Source: a virus
Taxonomy: Duplodnaviria; Caudoviricetes
IMG/VR virus record: IMGVR_UViG_3300009095_000059
Location: 1 to 27,645 of that record
Direction: 5' to 3' (one strand)
Length of the DNA stretch: 27,645 nucleotides
Shown: positions 1 through 8,536 of the stretch, piece by piece
How positions within the stretch are numbered: position 1 is the first letter of the stretch
How the letters are laid out: each line of letters begins with the position of its first letter
The notes under the pieces: model-generated
Database searches by the model: none
What the model saw: only the letters and a program-made list of their open reading frames with translations
Told to the model about the DNA's origin: nothing
Made by a program: the position numbers and the translations under genes

Positions 1-4
1 AAAC

Positions 5-1012
5 ATGCATAAAAACAATAGCACAGTCCAGAATTTAGATTCAATATCAAATCATCACAAAAATTTAATTCAAGCTCCAAACTTCACCCAAGTGCCAAAT
101 GTAGTAATTGATCATTGGCAATCTTTTTTTAAATCGGGTCCAGCTTTTGCTGTTTTAGTACAGATCTGCCGCAAAACTTTTGGATGGCATAAAAGTAGAG
201 ATCGAATTTCTCTTCAGCAGCTCGAAAAAGGCACAGGATTTTCAAGAAAAACTGTAATCAAAGCGATCGACGAGCTAATCAAACAAAATTTAATAATTAA
301 ATTTAAAAGCAAAACTGAGCTTGGCGACGATGCGCCCAACGAGTATGAAATCAACGTGATTGAATCAATAGTTCTCCCTTTAATGAATTCACAGAATCAA
401 GAGGAGGGTAGTGTACCAGATACACTACCCTATGTTTTTGACAAAAGGGGGGGTAGTGTATCTGGTACACTACCGGTAGTGTACCAGATACACACACAAA
501 AGAAAGACTATGCAAAAGAAAATCCTCCTCCTCCCCTTTCTCATGGATCTTCTGAAAAAAATTCTATTCCTCGATCAGCTCCGCTAAAGCGGAGGGAGGA
601 GGAGGAGATTTTAGATTTTCTCGAAGAAGTGGACGGACTCTCAAGAGCCGAAAAGCTAAGGCTCACAAAGAGCTATTCAAGAGAAGAGATCATTTCCGCA
701 CTGGAGATCGCTAGAACGCACGAAGTCAAAAAAACGCTAATGCATCTACTCATTGACATTTTGAAGCATCCTGAGCGATGGGAGGTCAATAGGGGAGCCG
801 AATCAACGATACAGCAGCTTGCGAATAAATATAACTCAATGATCGAGACGGTTGATAAACCGATGTTCAAGGAAAATCAAAGCAACATCAAGAAAGGGTT
901 GCTGTGGTTTAAGTCGTCAATAGGAGATCAACAAATTTCTTTAAATTCAGACTATGCCGACCAAGAAATCAAACAAGCTATTCAGTGGCTAAAGGAAAAA
1001 AAACATGGATAA
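5..1012 (+). CDS. Phage replication initiator (lambda O-like N-terminal winged-HTH domain)
   Basis: N-terminal 'PNFTQVPN..ICRKTFGWHKSRDRISLQQLEKGTGFSRKTVIKAIDEL' is typical of phage replication protein O-like domains. Palindromic iterons lie in the middle of the gene. The true start may differ because the ORF begins at the window edge. Confidence 0.85.
   Translation: MHKNNSTVQNLDSISNHHKNLIQAPNFTQVPNVVIDHWQSFFKSGPAFAVLVQICRKTFGWHKSRDRISLQQLEKGTGFSRKTVIKAIDELIKQNLIIKFKSKTELGDDAPNEYEINVIESIVLPLMNSQNQEEGSVPDTLPYVFDKRGGSVSGTLPVVYQIHTQKKDYAKENPPPPLSHGSSEKNSIPRSAPLKRREEEEILDFLEEVDGLSRAEKLRLTKSYSREEIISALEIARTHEVKKTLMHLLIDILKHPERWEVNRGAESTIQQLANKYNSMIETVDKPMFKENQSNIKKGLLWFKSSIGDQQISLNSDYADQEIKQAIQWLKEKKHG
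405..497. repeat. Putative replication origin: three palindromic iterons GGTAGTGTA-N5-TACACTACC
   Basis: Copies at 407-429 (spacer CCAGA), 452-474 (reverse orientation, spacer TCTGG) and 475-497 (right arm partial), all inside the initiator gene as in lambdoid origins. Confidence 0.8.
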
Positions 1013-1259
1013 ACAAGAAAATTACTATAACGATTTAAAAAAGGTGGTTGAACAATCAAAAGATATGCTAAAATGCAAAGTTAATTTAACAGAAAGTGAA
1101 GAGTCCTATAGAAGAGGTTATGCTCAAGGATTCGCAGCAGCTAGAAGATGCTCAGAGCTGAAACAATTTGAGGTTGACTGCTGGAGATATAGCGATGAAC
1201 TAACAGCTCCTCCAGGTTCTGGAATGGCAGGAGTTAAACTCTTCGGACTCACAAAATAA
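1005..1259 (+). CDS. Hypothetical phage protein
   Basis: 84-aa ORF overlapping the initiator stop, with AAGGA upstream; contains a YRRGYAQG motif of a kind common in small phage proteins. Confidence 0.7.
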   Translation: MDKQENYYNDLKKVVEQSKDMLKCKVNLTESEESYRRGYAQGFAAARRCSELKQFEVDCWRYSDELTAPPGSGMAGVKLFGLTK

Positions 1260-1277
1260 CATAGAGATTTGTTATTC

Positions 1278-1769
1278 ATGGAAAATCATATTTTCGGAAA
1301 GGAAAATTGTTCCGAAATATTTGACATCACGAGAAATAAACTTTTATCGAAAATTGAAAACGTCAGCAGAGAGAAAAAAAGTCTCTATGCTGACTTTTTA
1401 ATGAAATTGTCATTTGAAGAAATAATACTAATTATTTATAATAGAGCATGTATTTTTTCACTAACTTATTTATTGTCTGAATACTCAAAACAAAATTTAT
1501 ATAATAGTTATGAGGAATTTAATAAGCTTTGTACAAAATTTAGATTCCTTTTGTTTCTTTCAATCGGAGAAAAATTAGGATTTTACAAAGTAACTTACAA
1601 TAGCCACACTTTAGACCTAGAAGAGTGGCAAATAGAACTAACAGAGTTAGGTAAAAATTTAGCTCCTCATGCCCCAACGGACTTCAAAGAACTATGCGAA
1701 TTCATCAAAAAAAATAAGGTTTTCTCAGAATATGCGAAAAAAATTAACAATCAAAAAAGCAACTTATAA
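1278..1769 (+). CDS. Hypothetical protein (AT-rich)
   Basis: ORF of ~163 aa; ATG at 1278 preferred over TTG at 1269; no recognisable motif. Confidence 0.6.
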   Translation: MENHIFGKENCSEIFDITRNKLLSKIENVSREKKSLYADFLMKLSFEEIILIIYNRACIFSLTYLLSEYSKQNLYNSYEEFNKLCTKFRFLLFLSIGEKLGFYKVTYNSHTLDLEEWQIELTELGKNLAPHAPTDFKELCEFIKKNKVFSEYAKKINNQKSNL

Positions 1770-2025
1770 AAAACTTGCTGAAATGCTGAGATTAAAAAGA
1801 TCGCAGGGCTTACAAAAATCAGCTCAGACAGACAAAATGCAGTTTGCTTGCATCAAGACAGCTAAGAGCAAAAATAGTGCAGCCTTCGCAAATTGTGTGC
1901 AAAATTGACGATTTATCAATAATTAGAAAATTTGTATAAAAATTTGAATACAAGTTTTTTTTCCGCAAATTGTTAAGTATCAGTTGCAACGAAATTAATT
2001 TATCAAAATATGTTAAGAGGTTTAT

Positions 2026-2391
2026 ATGAAAATTGAGAATGTTGAGTACAACACAAAAGTTAAAGTAAGCCCTGTTTATGATGGGGAGTTTTATACGATT
2101 AATATTCCGATCATCGAGTTTCACAACGGCGTGGAACAGGTTAAAACAGTCGCTAAAGAGTGGTTCATCGAGCCAAAACAATACACAAATAGAATAGGCG
2201 TTAAAAGACAACTATCGCCACAAGCGCAAAATCTAGCTCTATACCTCGCCATTGTTGACAACATCGACCCTCAATTTTTCGAAGAAAAACTTGGCGCGCA
2301 GGTCGTCGGTTTTGTCATTGAGCTAATCGAATCGGGATATCTCACACTAAAAAATGAAGTGAAAGAGCAGAAGAAAACAGAAAAAAAATAA
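2026..2391 (+). CDS. Hypothetical protein, possible C-terminal winged helix
   Basis: GAGG RBS upstream; C-terminal 'VIELIESGYL' resembles the end of a wHTH (weak evidence). Confidence 0.7.
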   Translation: MKIENVEYNTKVKVSPVYDGEFYTINIPIIEFHNGVEQVKTVAKEWFIEPKQYTNRIGVKRQLSPQAQNLALYLAIVDNIDPQFFEEKLGAQVVGFVIELIESGYLTLKNEVKEQKKTEKK

Positions 2392-2413
2392 TAAACATAA
2401 GGAATTAGAAAAG

Positions 2414-2764
2414 ATGGAAAATTATAAATTTATTAGTTACATAGCCACACCGACAGAAAAACATTTAGGAATTGCAACAATTTGTTTTCACGATAAAGTA
2501 ATTTTGAGATTTAAAGTAATCCCAAATAAAGATGGAAATGGTTTTTTTTTCGGAACATCTGCATTTAAAATCTCAACAGATGGTGAAGATGATCGTTACA
2601 TTGAGTCATTTATGATTGACTCACGAAGTGAACAGGAATTACTGCATGAATATATGAGGGCGCATGTTAGACGCGAAATGGAGCAGTTTAGAGCCGTTCC
2701 GAGTCCAAAAATCCACAACCCATTTTCCCAAAATCAAGGAAGTAACGAAAAAGTGCCTTTCTAA
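2414..2764 (+). CDS. SpoVG-like nucleic-acid-binding protein with an SSB-like C-terminal tip (..VPF)
   Basis: Pattern 'LGIATICFHDKVILRFKVIPNKDGNGFFFGTSAFK..DGEDDRY..F' followed by a helix parallels SpoVG; ends in a low-complexity linker and PF. AAGGA RBS. Confidence 0.55.
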   Translation: MENYKFISYIATPTEKHLGIATICFHDKVILRFKVIPNKDGNGFFFGTSAFKISTDGEDDRYIESFMIDSRSEQELLHEYMRAHVRREMEQFRAVPSPKIHNPFSQNQGSNEKVPF

Positions 2765-2778
2765 AATAGGAATAGAAA

Positions 2779-2851
2779 AAAATCCCTTGGAAAAGGATAT
2801 TGAAGAAAATAAAGCTAAATTTTCAGAATATCGCCAAGACCAAGGGATTTT
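2779..2851 (+). promoter_or_regulatory. Extended hairpin covering the RBS of the first fibre-cluster gene
   Basis: AAAATCCCTTGG (2779-2790) pairs with CCAAGGGATTTT (2840-2851). Inner stems: GATATT/AATATC and GAAAAT/ATTTTC. ATG at 2852. Confidence 0.55.
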
Positions 2852-3118
2852 ATGACAAATATTTTCACGCCTTCAATGTGGTTTGATCCAACCATCGGCA
2901 CAGAAAATTTCTATGAGCAACGCATCGAAAACGATGCTAACGGCAACCCTCTGTATGTAGCATGGACTCCCATAGCAAACGCAAATCAAGCGGATACAGT
3001 TTGGTGGATTAGAAAACTTTCTTACGATTCAAACGGTTTCGTATCGAGAATTCATCTACCGCTATCTGGAAACAAGGGTTTTAATTATTCGTGGACACTA
3101 AGAGCAACATACTTTTAA
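2852..3118 (+). CDS. Small putative virion protein (YD-like beta hairpins) preceding fibre genes
   Basis: 'DANGNPLYVAW...VWWIRKLSYDSNG...FNYSWTLRATY' matches a small phage protein type I recall next to fibre genes; AAGGGA RBS. Confidence 0.65.
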   Translation: MTNIFTPSMWFDPTIGTENFYEQRIENDANGNPLYVAWTPIANANQADTVWWIRKLSYDSNGFVSRIHLPLSGNKGFNYSWTLRATYF

Positions 3119-3126
3119 GGTGATTT

Positions 3127-4836
3127 ATGCCATTTGTTTATAATCCTATCTCCAATCAATTTGATATTGCCAATACTGGAGGGGGAGGAGGCAGTTTTAA
3201 AGACCCTGTAGGAGTTGCCACCACTCAAGACCTCGATGCAATTTATGATAACGGAGTCGCAGGAGTAGGCGCAACACTGACAAACAACGGCGTTCTAGCA
3301 GCCTTGGTGATTGACGGCATCACTACTCCGATAGGCTCAAGAGTGCTTATTAAAGATCAAGACGATCAGATAGAAAATGGCGTTTACGTTGTCACCGATG
3401 CTGGAAGTGTTTCAGATCCTTGGATTTTAACACGCGCAACAGATTACGATGAGCCCTCAGAGATAGCGCCCGGAGATCTTTTTCCAATTGCAACAGGTTT
3501 GATTAACTCAGGAACTATCTGGGAACAGGCTGAAACTGTAGACACAATAGGAACCGATCCATTTCTATTCATTGAGTTTAATAATAAAGAGGTTTCACTC
3601 AGCCCCTACATAGTTGGAGCGAATAAATCGGATTTCCTTTTTATTCAAGATGCAATCGACGAAGCGGTTGCACAAGGTTATACCTCTTCAAATCCATGTA
3701 ATATCTATCTAAAGCCAAAAGCTGGGGGATATGCTGAGAATATCCTAATGTCCGACGGAGTAAATTTAATAGGTATCGCATCAGGCAATGATTTAACACC
3801 TGTTTTGCTAACTGGAGAGATTACATGGCCGAACGCTTGCAACGCTATAATCGCAAGAGTAAAAATTGAACCAGCAAGCGGAAACGCTCTTTTTGTGAGT
3901 GGCGGAAAAGTTTACTTATCAGAAGTCGATTTTTCTCTCACAGCTCCTGATACTGCAATTTATCTTGAGACAACAAACACAAAAAATTTCAATCTCTACA
4001 AAGTCACTTCTAACGCCTCTTTAGGCATTCTTTTTGACTCCGATAATTCTGCTCAAACAGTCAACATTGAAATCAACGATAGCACAATCCTTGCAAATGG
4101 AATTTCCGAGTTCTATTGGACAGGCAGTCTATCTTTAAATGTTAACAATTCCACAATGCGATCCCCATTTATTTTAGATGTTTCGACTGTTTCAATTGAT
4201 TTTCTGAGTTGTAACATACAAACACAAACTGAGATTGCTTTTGACTGTGGCGTCAACACAGAGGGATCCATAAACCTTCATCAATGCAAATTCTCAGGTC
4301 AGAGTTTATTTGTAATCCAAAATCCCGATTTAGTCGTATCTACTCCATATTGCGTTGTCGATGAGCAAACAGCAAGCTCTTACGCTTCCAATCAAGATTT
4401 TGGCACATCAAAAAAGATATCCTCTCTTGATTTAGCCGAGGTTTACGAACAGGAAAGGACAGGGTGGAGAGGTTGTAATACTAAATATTCACAATCTTTT
4501 TTACAGACAACAGACGATACGCCAACCGTATTATCTTCTATACCAATCTCTGAGCTCGAATCTGTCACAATGCAGGGGTTAATCGTAGCCTCTACTGCCG
4601 ATCATTCAGCAAGTTTGAACGGTAATTTCTGTTTTGGAGCACGTCGAGAAACTGCAGGTGACGTGACAATCAATGGATCTCCATACAAATATGAAAATAC
4701 CACCTCGCTTCTAACCTTTGATCTAGTAGTCAATACGACAACTCAGACAATGGATGTTTTAGTCACTGGTGAATCTGCCACAACGTATAATTGGACATGC
4801 TCATTCAATTGGGTAACGCTAAGGGATAACACATAG
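3127..4836 (+). CDS. Fibre/decoration protein with probable beta-helix (tailspike-like) middle domain
   Basis: N-terminal phage fibre motif 'FKDPVGVATT..IDG..GSRVLIKDQ..ENGVYVV..WILTRATDYD'; 'IQDAIDEA..IYLKP..YAENILMSDGVNLIG' is a typical beta-helix cap; separate beta-rich C-terminal domain. Confidence 0.7.
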   Translation: MPFVYNPISNQFDIANTGGGGGSFKDPVGVATTQDLDAIYDNGVAGVGATLTNNGVLAALVIDGITTPIGSRVLIKDQDDQIENGVYVVTDAGSVSDPWILTRATDYDEPSEIAPGDLFPIATGLINSGTIWEQAETVDTIGTDPFLFIEFNNKEVSLSPYIVGANKSDFLFIQDAIDEAVAQGYTSSNPCNIYLKPKAGGYAENILMSDGVNLIGIASGNDLTPVLLTGEITWPNACNAIIARVKIEPASGNALFVSGGKVYLSEVDFSLTAPDTAIYLETTNTKNFNLYKVTSNASLGILFDSDNSAQTVNIEINDSTILANGISEFYWTGSLSLNVNNSTMRSPFILDVSTVSIDFLSCNIQTQTEIAFDCGVNTEGSINLHQCKFSGQSLFVIQNPDLVVSTPYCVVDEQTASSYASNQDFGTSKKISSLDLAEVYEQERTGWRGCNTKYSQSFLQTTDDTPTVLSSIPISELESVTMQGLIVASTADHSASLNGNFCFGARRETAGDVTINGSPYKYENTTSLLTFDLVVNTTTQTMDVLVTGESATTYNWTCSFNWVTLRDNT

Positions 4837-4842
4837 GAAATT

Positions 4843-6483
4843 ATGGCTTCAGGATTCCAGAACGGCGCATTAATTGTAGATGATCCAGTACAAAGCAGAA
4901 TCAACCTAGGATTAGGAGATTTAGCCATAGTAAACGGCCCTTTATCCCTAGCACTAGGGGGAACAGGAGTTGCCTTATCTGATCCAAACGCTGACAGGCT
5001 GCTTTTTTGGGACGACTCAGAAGGATCTACAAGCTGGCTGCAACTTGGAACAGGTTTATCTATATCAGGAACAATGTTAAACCTAACTGGTGGAGGCTCT
5101 GGAATAGTCCAAACCGTATCAGGGGTCACAGATAGAACCACGATTTCAGGAACAGCAGAAAACGTAATTGTTGATATTGCCTCAACGTATGCAGGGCAAA
5201 GCAGTATAACAACGCTAGGCACAATCACAAGTGGCACGTGGAACGGTTCCCCTATTGATTTAGGATCATATGTTTCTGGCAATCTTTCTGTAAACAATCT
5301 GGCATCAGGCGTAGGGGCAAGCTCAAGCACGTTTTGGCGAGGCGATGGGACTTGGGCTAGCGTTCCAAGTGGAGGAATTCAATCCGTTACAGGTACTACA
5401 GATAGAATATCAGTCGGAGGGACATCTTCCGATCCGATCATTGATATAGCTTCGACATATGCAGGGCAAAGCTCAATTACTACATTAGGAACCATTGCGA
5501 CTGGCACGTGGAACGCTACAGCGATAGGGACGCAATACGGAGGAACAGGACTAACTTCATACAATCAAGGCGACATCCTGTACTCAGACGCAGCGAACTC
5601 CCTAGCAAAGCTGCCAAAGAACACCAGCGCCACACGCTACCTTAGCAACCAAGGCGCAGACAATAACCCGGCCTGGGCGCAAGTAGACCTTGCTAATGGC
5701 GTGACGGGCAATTTACCGGTGACAAACCTTAACAGCGGGACAAGCGCAAGCGCTACAACATTCTGGAGGGGAGACGGAACTTGGGCCTCTGCAACAACTG
5801 TTGATCCATTAGTGACAATACAAAAATCATCCTATATTTTTGATGATTTTTATTATCCATTAATTTCTGGACCTAGTTTAGCATCAAGTTTTCCATTTTT
5901 TTATGTGTACAATTCAGCAAGTAATCCTACAGCTCAATCTGTTGCGAATCGTCCAGGTGTGATGAGAATAAGTATGAATGGAGGAACAAGCCAGTATTTT
6001 GCTACTGCATCATCGAATACATCAATTGGTGGGCCAGCAGCCAGTAATTATGAAATTACATGGGAATGGGCAATGAGAATAAATAACCTAGCCTCTGCTG
6101 GGAATATGGGTTTTTATGTTGGTGCCATAACATTTGCAACACCAATTCCTCCAGGAACGAGTCCCGGAATGTATTTCAGTTATACAGACAACGTTAACTC
6201 AGGACAATGGCGTATAAATTGCCGAAATAGCTCTGGAATTACTACAAACAACACATCGAGTGCACTAGATACAAATTGGCATACATATAAGATTATCATA
6301 AATTCTGCTGGAACTAGTGCTAGTTTTTATATTGATGGGATTGAAGTCACAAACTCTCCTATTACCGCTAATATAACGACAGGTTTAATGAAATGGGTAT
6401 TTCAAAAAGATGTTGTCTCTGGCAATCCTTCACTAACGTGGGATATAGACTATCTTTATTTAGGAACAACATTCAGTAGGTAG
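4843..6483 (+). CDS. Fibre/adhesin protein 1 with G/S/T-rich repeats and C-terminal ConA/LamG-like beta-sandwich
   Basis: Internal repeats 'DIASTYAGQSSITTLGTI..GTWN' (x2) and 'TFWRGDGTWAS' (x2); C-terminal 'DTNWHTYKIIINSAGTSASFYIDG..DIDY' is lectin-like. Confidence 0.7.
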   Translation: MASGFQNGALIVDDPVQSRINLGLGDLAIVNGPLSLALGGTGVALSDPNADRLLFWDDSEGSTSWLQLGTGLSISGTMLNLTGGGSGIVQTVSGVTDRTTISGTAENVIVDIASTYAGQSSITTLGTITSGTWNGSPIDLGSYVSGNLSVNNLASGVGASSSTFWRGDGTWASVPSGGIQSVTGTTDRISVGGTSSDPIIDIASTYAGQSSITTLGTIATGTWNATAIGTQYGGTGLTSYNQGDILYSDAANSLAKLPKNTSATRYLSNQGADNNPAWAQVDLANGVTGNLPVTNLNSGTSASATTFWRGDGTWASATTVDPLVTIQKSSYIFDDFYYPLISGPSLASSFPFFYVYNSASNPTAQSVANRPGVMRISMNGGTSQYFATASSNTSIGGPAASNYEITWEWAMRINNLASAGNMGFYVGAITFATPIPPGTSPGMYFSYTDNVNSGQWRINCRNSSGITTNNTSSALDTNWHTYKIIINSAGTSASFYIDGIEVTNSPITANITTGLMKWVFQKDVVSGNPSLTWDIDYLYLGTTFSR

Positions 6484-6485
6484 TT

Positions 6486-6704
6486 ATGAAAAAATATTTT
6501 TCTTCTGATGGAGTTACTAGAGAATTTACTCCAGAAGAGTACGATCAGGATCGTATTTGTGATGAAAAGATCGCATTAGATTTACTGGAAACTGAACAAA
6601 AAATTAACAATATGATTCGTTTACGTCAAAAATTTAAAGATCCTCTTGAAGCTATAGACAAAATTTGCAAATTCCTAAACATTAACTTTGAAGATTTAGA
6701 GTAG
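6486..6704 (+). CDS. Small protein between fibre genes, possible fibre chaperone
   Basis: 72-aa ORF starting 2 nt after the fibre 1 stop; function inferred from position only. Confidence 0.6.
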   Translation: MKKYFSSDGVTREFTPEEYDQDRICDEKIALDLLETEQKINNMIRLRQKFKDPLEAIDKICKFLNINFEDLE

Positions 6705-6712
6705 GTTAAAAA

Positions 6713-8146
6713 ATGGCTTCTGGTTTCAATCGTGGCGCACTGATAATCGACGACGCAGCACAAAGCAGAATCAATCTAGGATTAGAAATCGGCGTTGATG
6801 TACAAGCTTGGAGCACAGAACTTGACGGTTTATCATCTTTAAGTACCGAGGGATTCGTTGTTAGAACGGCAAGCGGTACTTATGCTATCCGTACTTTTAT
6901 TGAAGGCTCTGGCATAACGATAACAAATCCCGATGGTATTTTAGGAGATCCAACATTCACCTCTTTCGGAGGCTCTGGAAACGTCAATTCGATAACTGGA
7001 ACAGCCGATAGAATTTCTATTGGTGGTACATCTAGCGATCCAATAGTTGATATTTCATCGAATTATGTTGGCCAAAGCTCAATCACGACCTTAGGAACCA
7101 TTGCAACAGGAACTTGGCAAGCTTCTCAAATTGGAGTAGCTTACGGTGGAACTGGTCTTACATCAATTGATCAAGGCGATTTACTCTATGGTTCATCGGC
7201 AAACGTTATTTCAAGGCTGACCAAAAATACCTCGGCGACTCGCTATCTAAGCAACCAAGGCGCAGACAATAATCCTCTATGGGATTTAGTTGATTTGTCC
7301 AATGGTGTACAAAGTGTCTTAGGCATATCCAATGGTGGTTTAGGCGTTTCCTTAATTGATCCAAATGCAGACAGAATCTTATTTTGGGATGACAGCGCAG
7401 GCGTTTTTTCTTACCTGACGGTAGGAAGCAATCTGACAATTGATGATACCACTTTAAACGCAGCAGGGGGAACCCCTAGCCCAATCAATAGCCAGCAAGA
7501 ATATTTTGACGATCTAATATCGGAATCGTTTGAATTAGTCGGTAATATTCCATCTTATCCATTTTTTCTATGGCGCACTGGATGGAACACAGTAAATCAG
7601 CATGTTTTAGAGTCTAATAGGCCAGGGGTTTCATCTTTTAGCTCAACGTCAGGAACCGCACAATGTAAAAACTACTCGACACGTTGGGAAGTTAACCCAT
7701 CTTTCTATGAAATTGAAATTTGTTGGGCTGCAAAAATTCAGAATTTAAGCGCAGTAAATCCAAACTACATAGTTTACCAAGGAATTTGGAACAATAACAA
7801 CAATCCGACAGTTAATAACCGTGATGGTTTGTATTTTCAATACACACACGGAACTAACTCAGGACGTTGGCAAATAGTAACCAGAAGTTCAGGCGTTGCG
7901 ACAGTGACAAATACTTTGAGCACCGTGGACACAAATTGGCATGAGTTTAAAATAACGATCAACGCAGCAGGAACAGAAGCCAGATTCTACATAGATAACG
8001 TGGAAGTTTCTGGCTCTCCTATCTCGTCAAACATTCCTCAAACTGGTTTAGGATGGCGTTATTATGTAAATTCAGTAAGTGGAAGCTCGAGCAAAACTTT
8101 CTATCATGACTTTATCTACTCTAAGATTAATTATTCTCGTCCATAA
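6713..8146 (+). CDS. Fibre/adhesin protein 2, paralogue of 4843-6483
   Basis: Shares the N-terminus MASGF..GALI.DD..QSRINLGL, the motifs 'KNTSATRYLSNQGADNNP' and 'DPNADR.LFWDDS', and the lectin-like C-domain. Confidence 0.7.
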   Translation: MASGFNRGALIIDDAAQSRINLGLEIGVDVQAWSTELDGLSSLSTEGFVVRTASGTYAIRTFIEGSGITITNPDGILGDPTFTSFGGSGNVNSITGTADRISIGGTSSDPIVDISSNYVGQSSITTLGTIATGTWQASQIGVAYGGTGLTSIDQGDLLYGSSANVISRLTKNTSATRYLSNQGADNNPLWDLVDLSNGVQSVLGISNGGLGVSLIDPNADRILFWDDSAGVFSYLTVGSNLTIDDTTLNAAGGTPSPINSQQEYFDDLISESFELVGNIPSYPFFLWRTGWNTVNQHVLESNRPGVSSFSSTSGTAQCKNYSTRWEVNPSFYEIEICWAAKIQNLSAVNPNYIVYQGIWNNNNNPTVNNRDGLYFQYTHGTNSGRWQIVTRSSGVATVTNTLSTVDTNWHEFKITINAAGTEARFYIDNVEVSGSPISSNIPQTGLGWRYYVNSVSGSSSKTFYHDFIYSKINYSRP

Positions 8147-8339
8147 GGTAGATCACGCTGTCATATGCTTCTAATTGACCCTTCATAAAAGCAAGTGTTT
8201 CCTTATCATGCTTAGGATCATTTTCATAATATTTAATCTCTCTGACTAAATCATATGCATGATTGTAGGAATGTTCATAAATGCGGTAGCAATTTTCACA
8301 TTCCCAAAAGCAGCAACAAGTAAGTAATAAATGAAACAT
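8127..8339 (-). CDS. Hypothetical Cys-rich small protein
   Basis: 70-aa ORF, last of three co-oriented minus-strand ORFs; overlaps the fibre 2 3' end by 20 nt. Confidence 0.5.
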   Translation of the reverse strand: MFHLLLTCCCFWECENCYRIYEHSYNHAYDLVREIKYYENDPKHDKETLAFMKGQLEAYDSVIYLMDENN

Positions 8340-8380
8340 AAAACCCTATAATTAATTTATGTTCAGTTTTTAATGTTAGA

Positions 8381-8536
8381 TCATATATTAATATGATACT
8401 CTAAATTATCGTTAATACTCAAAAACTCAAGAGCAGATCGCATTGTGTCGCATTCGTATTTATCAGCGATGGTCGATAAAAATTTCGATAGCTCAATTGT
8501 ACAGTCTGTCAAATCCTCTAGATCGTCATGAGTCAT
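8381..8536 (-). CDS. Hypothetical 51-aa acidic protein (not in the ORF track)
   Basis: MTHDDLEDLTDCTIELSKFLSTIADKYECDTMRSALEFLSINDNLEYHINI*; its ATG overlaps the upstream stop (TAATG coupling). Confidence 0.55.
   Translation of the reverse strand: MTHDDLEDLTDCTIELSKFLSTIADKYECDTMRSALEFLSINDNLEYHINI

Noticed and set aside
405-497. Mini CRISPR array
   Set aside because: Only three copies, spacings of 22 and 0 nt, mixed orientation, inside a coding sequence, and no cas genes; iterons fit better.
1669-1908. 79-aa basic ORF here, and 63-aa ORF at 2664-2855
   Set aside because: Both have large out-of-frame overlaps with upstream genes and no recognisable motifs; the second runs through the regulatory hairpin.
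1905-2014. Promoter/operator in the AT-rich gap (TTGACG, TTGCAA, ATTTATCAA twice)
   Set aside because: No -35/-10 pair with convincing spacing; a 9-nt AT-rich repeat is expected by chance.
4843-8146. Diversity-generating retroelement or invertible fibre-switch system
   Set aside because: No reverse transcriptase or invertase in the window, no long near-identical template/variable repeat pair with adenine-specific mismatches, and no flanking inverted sites noticed.
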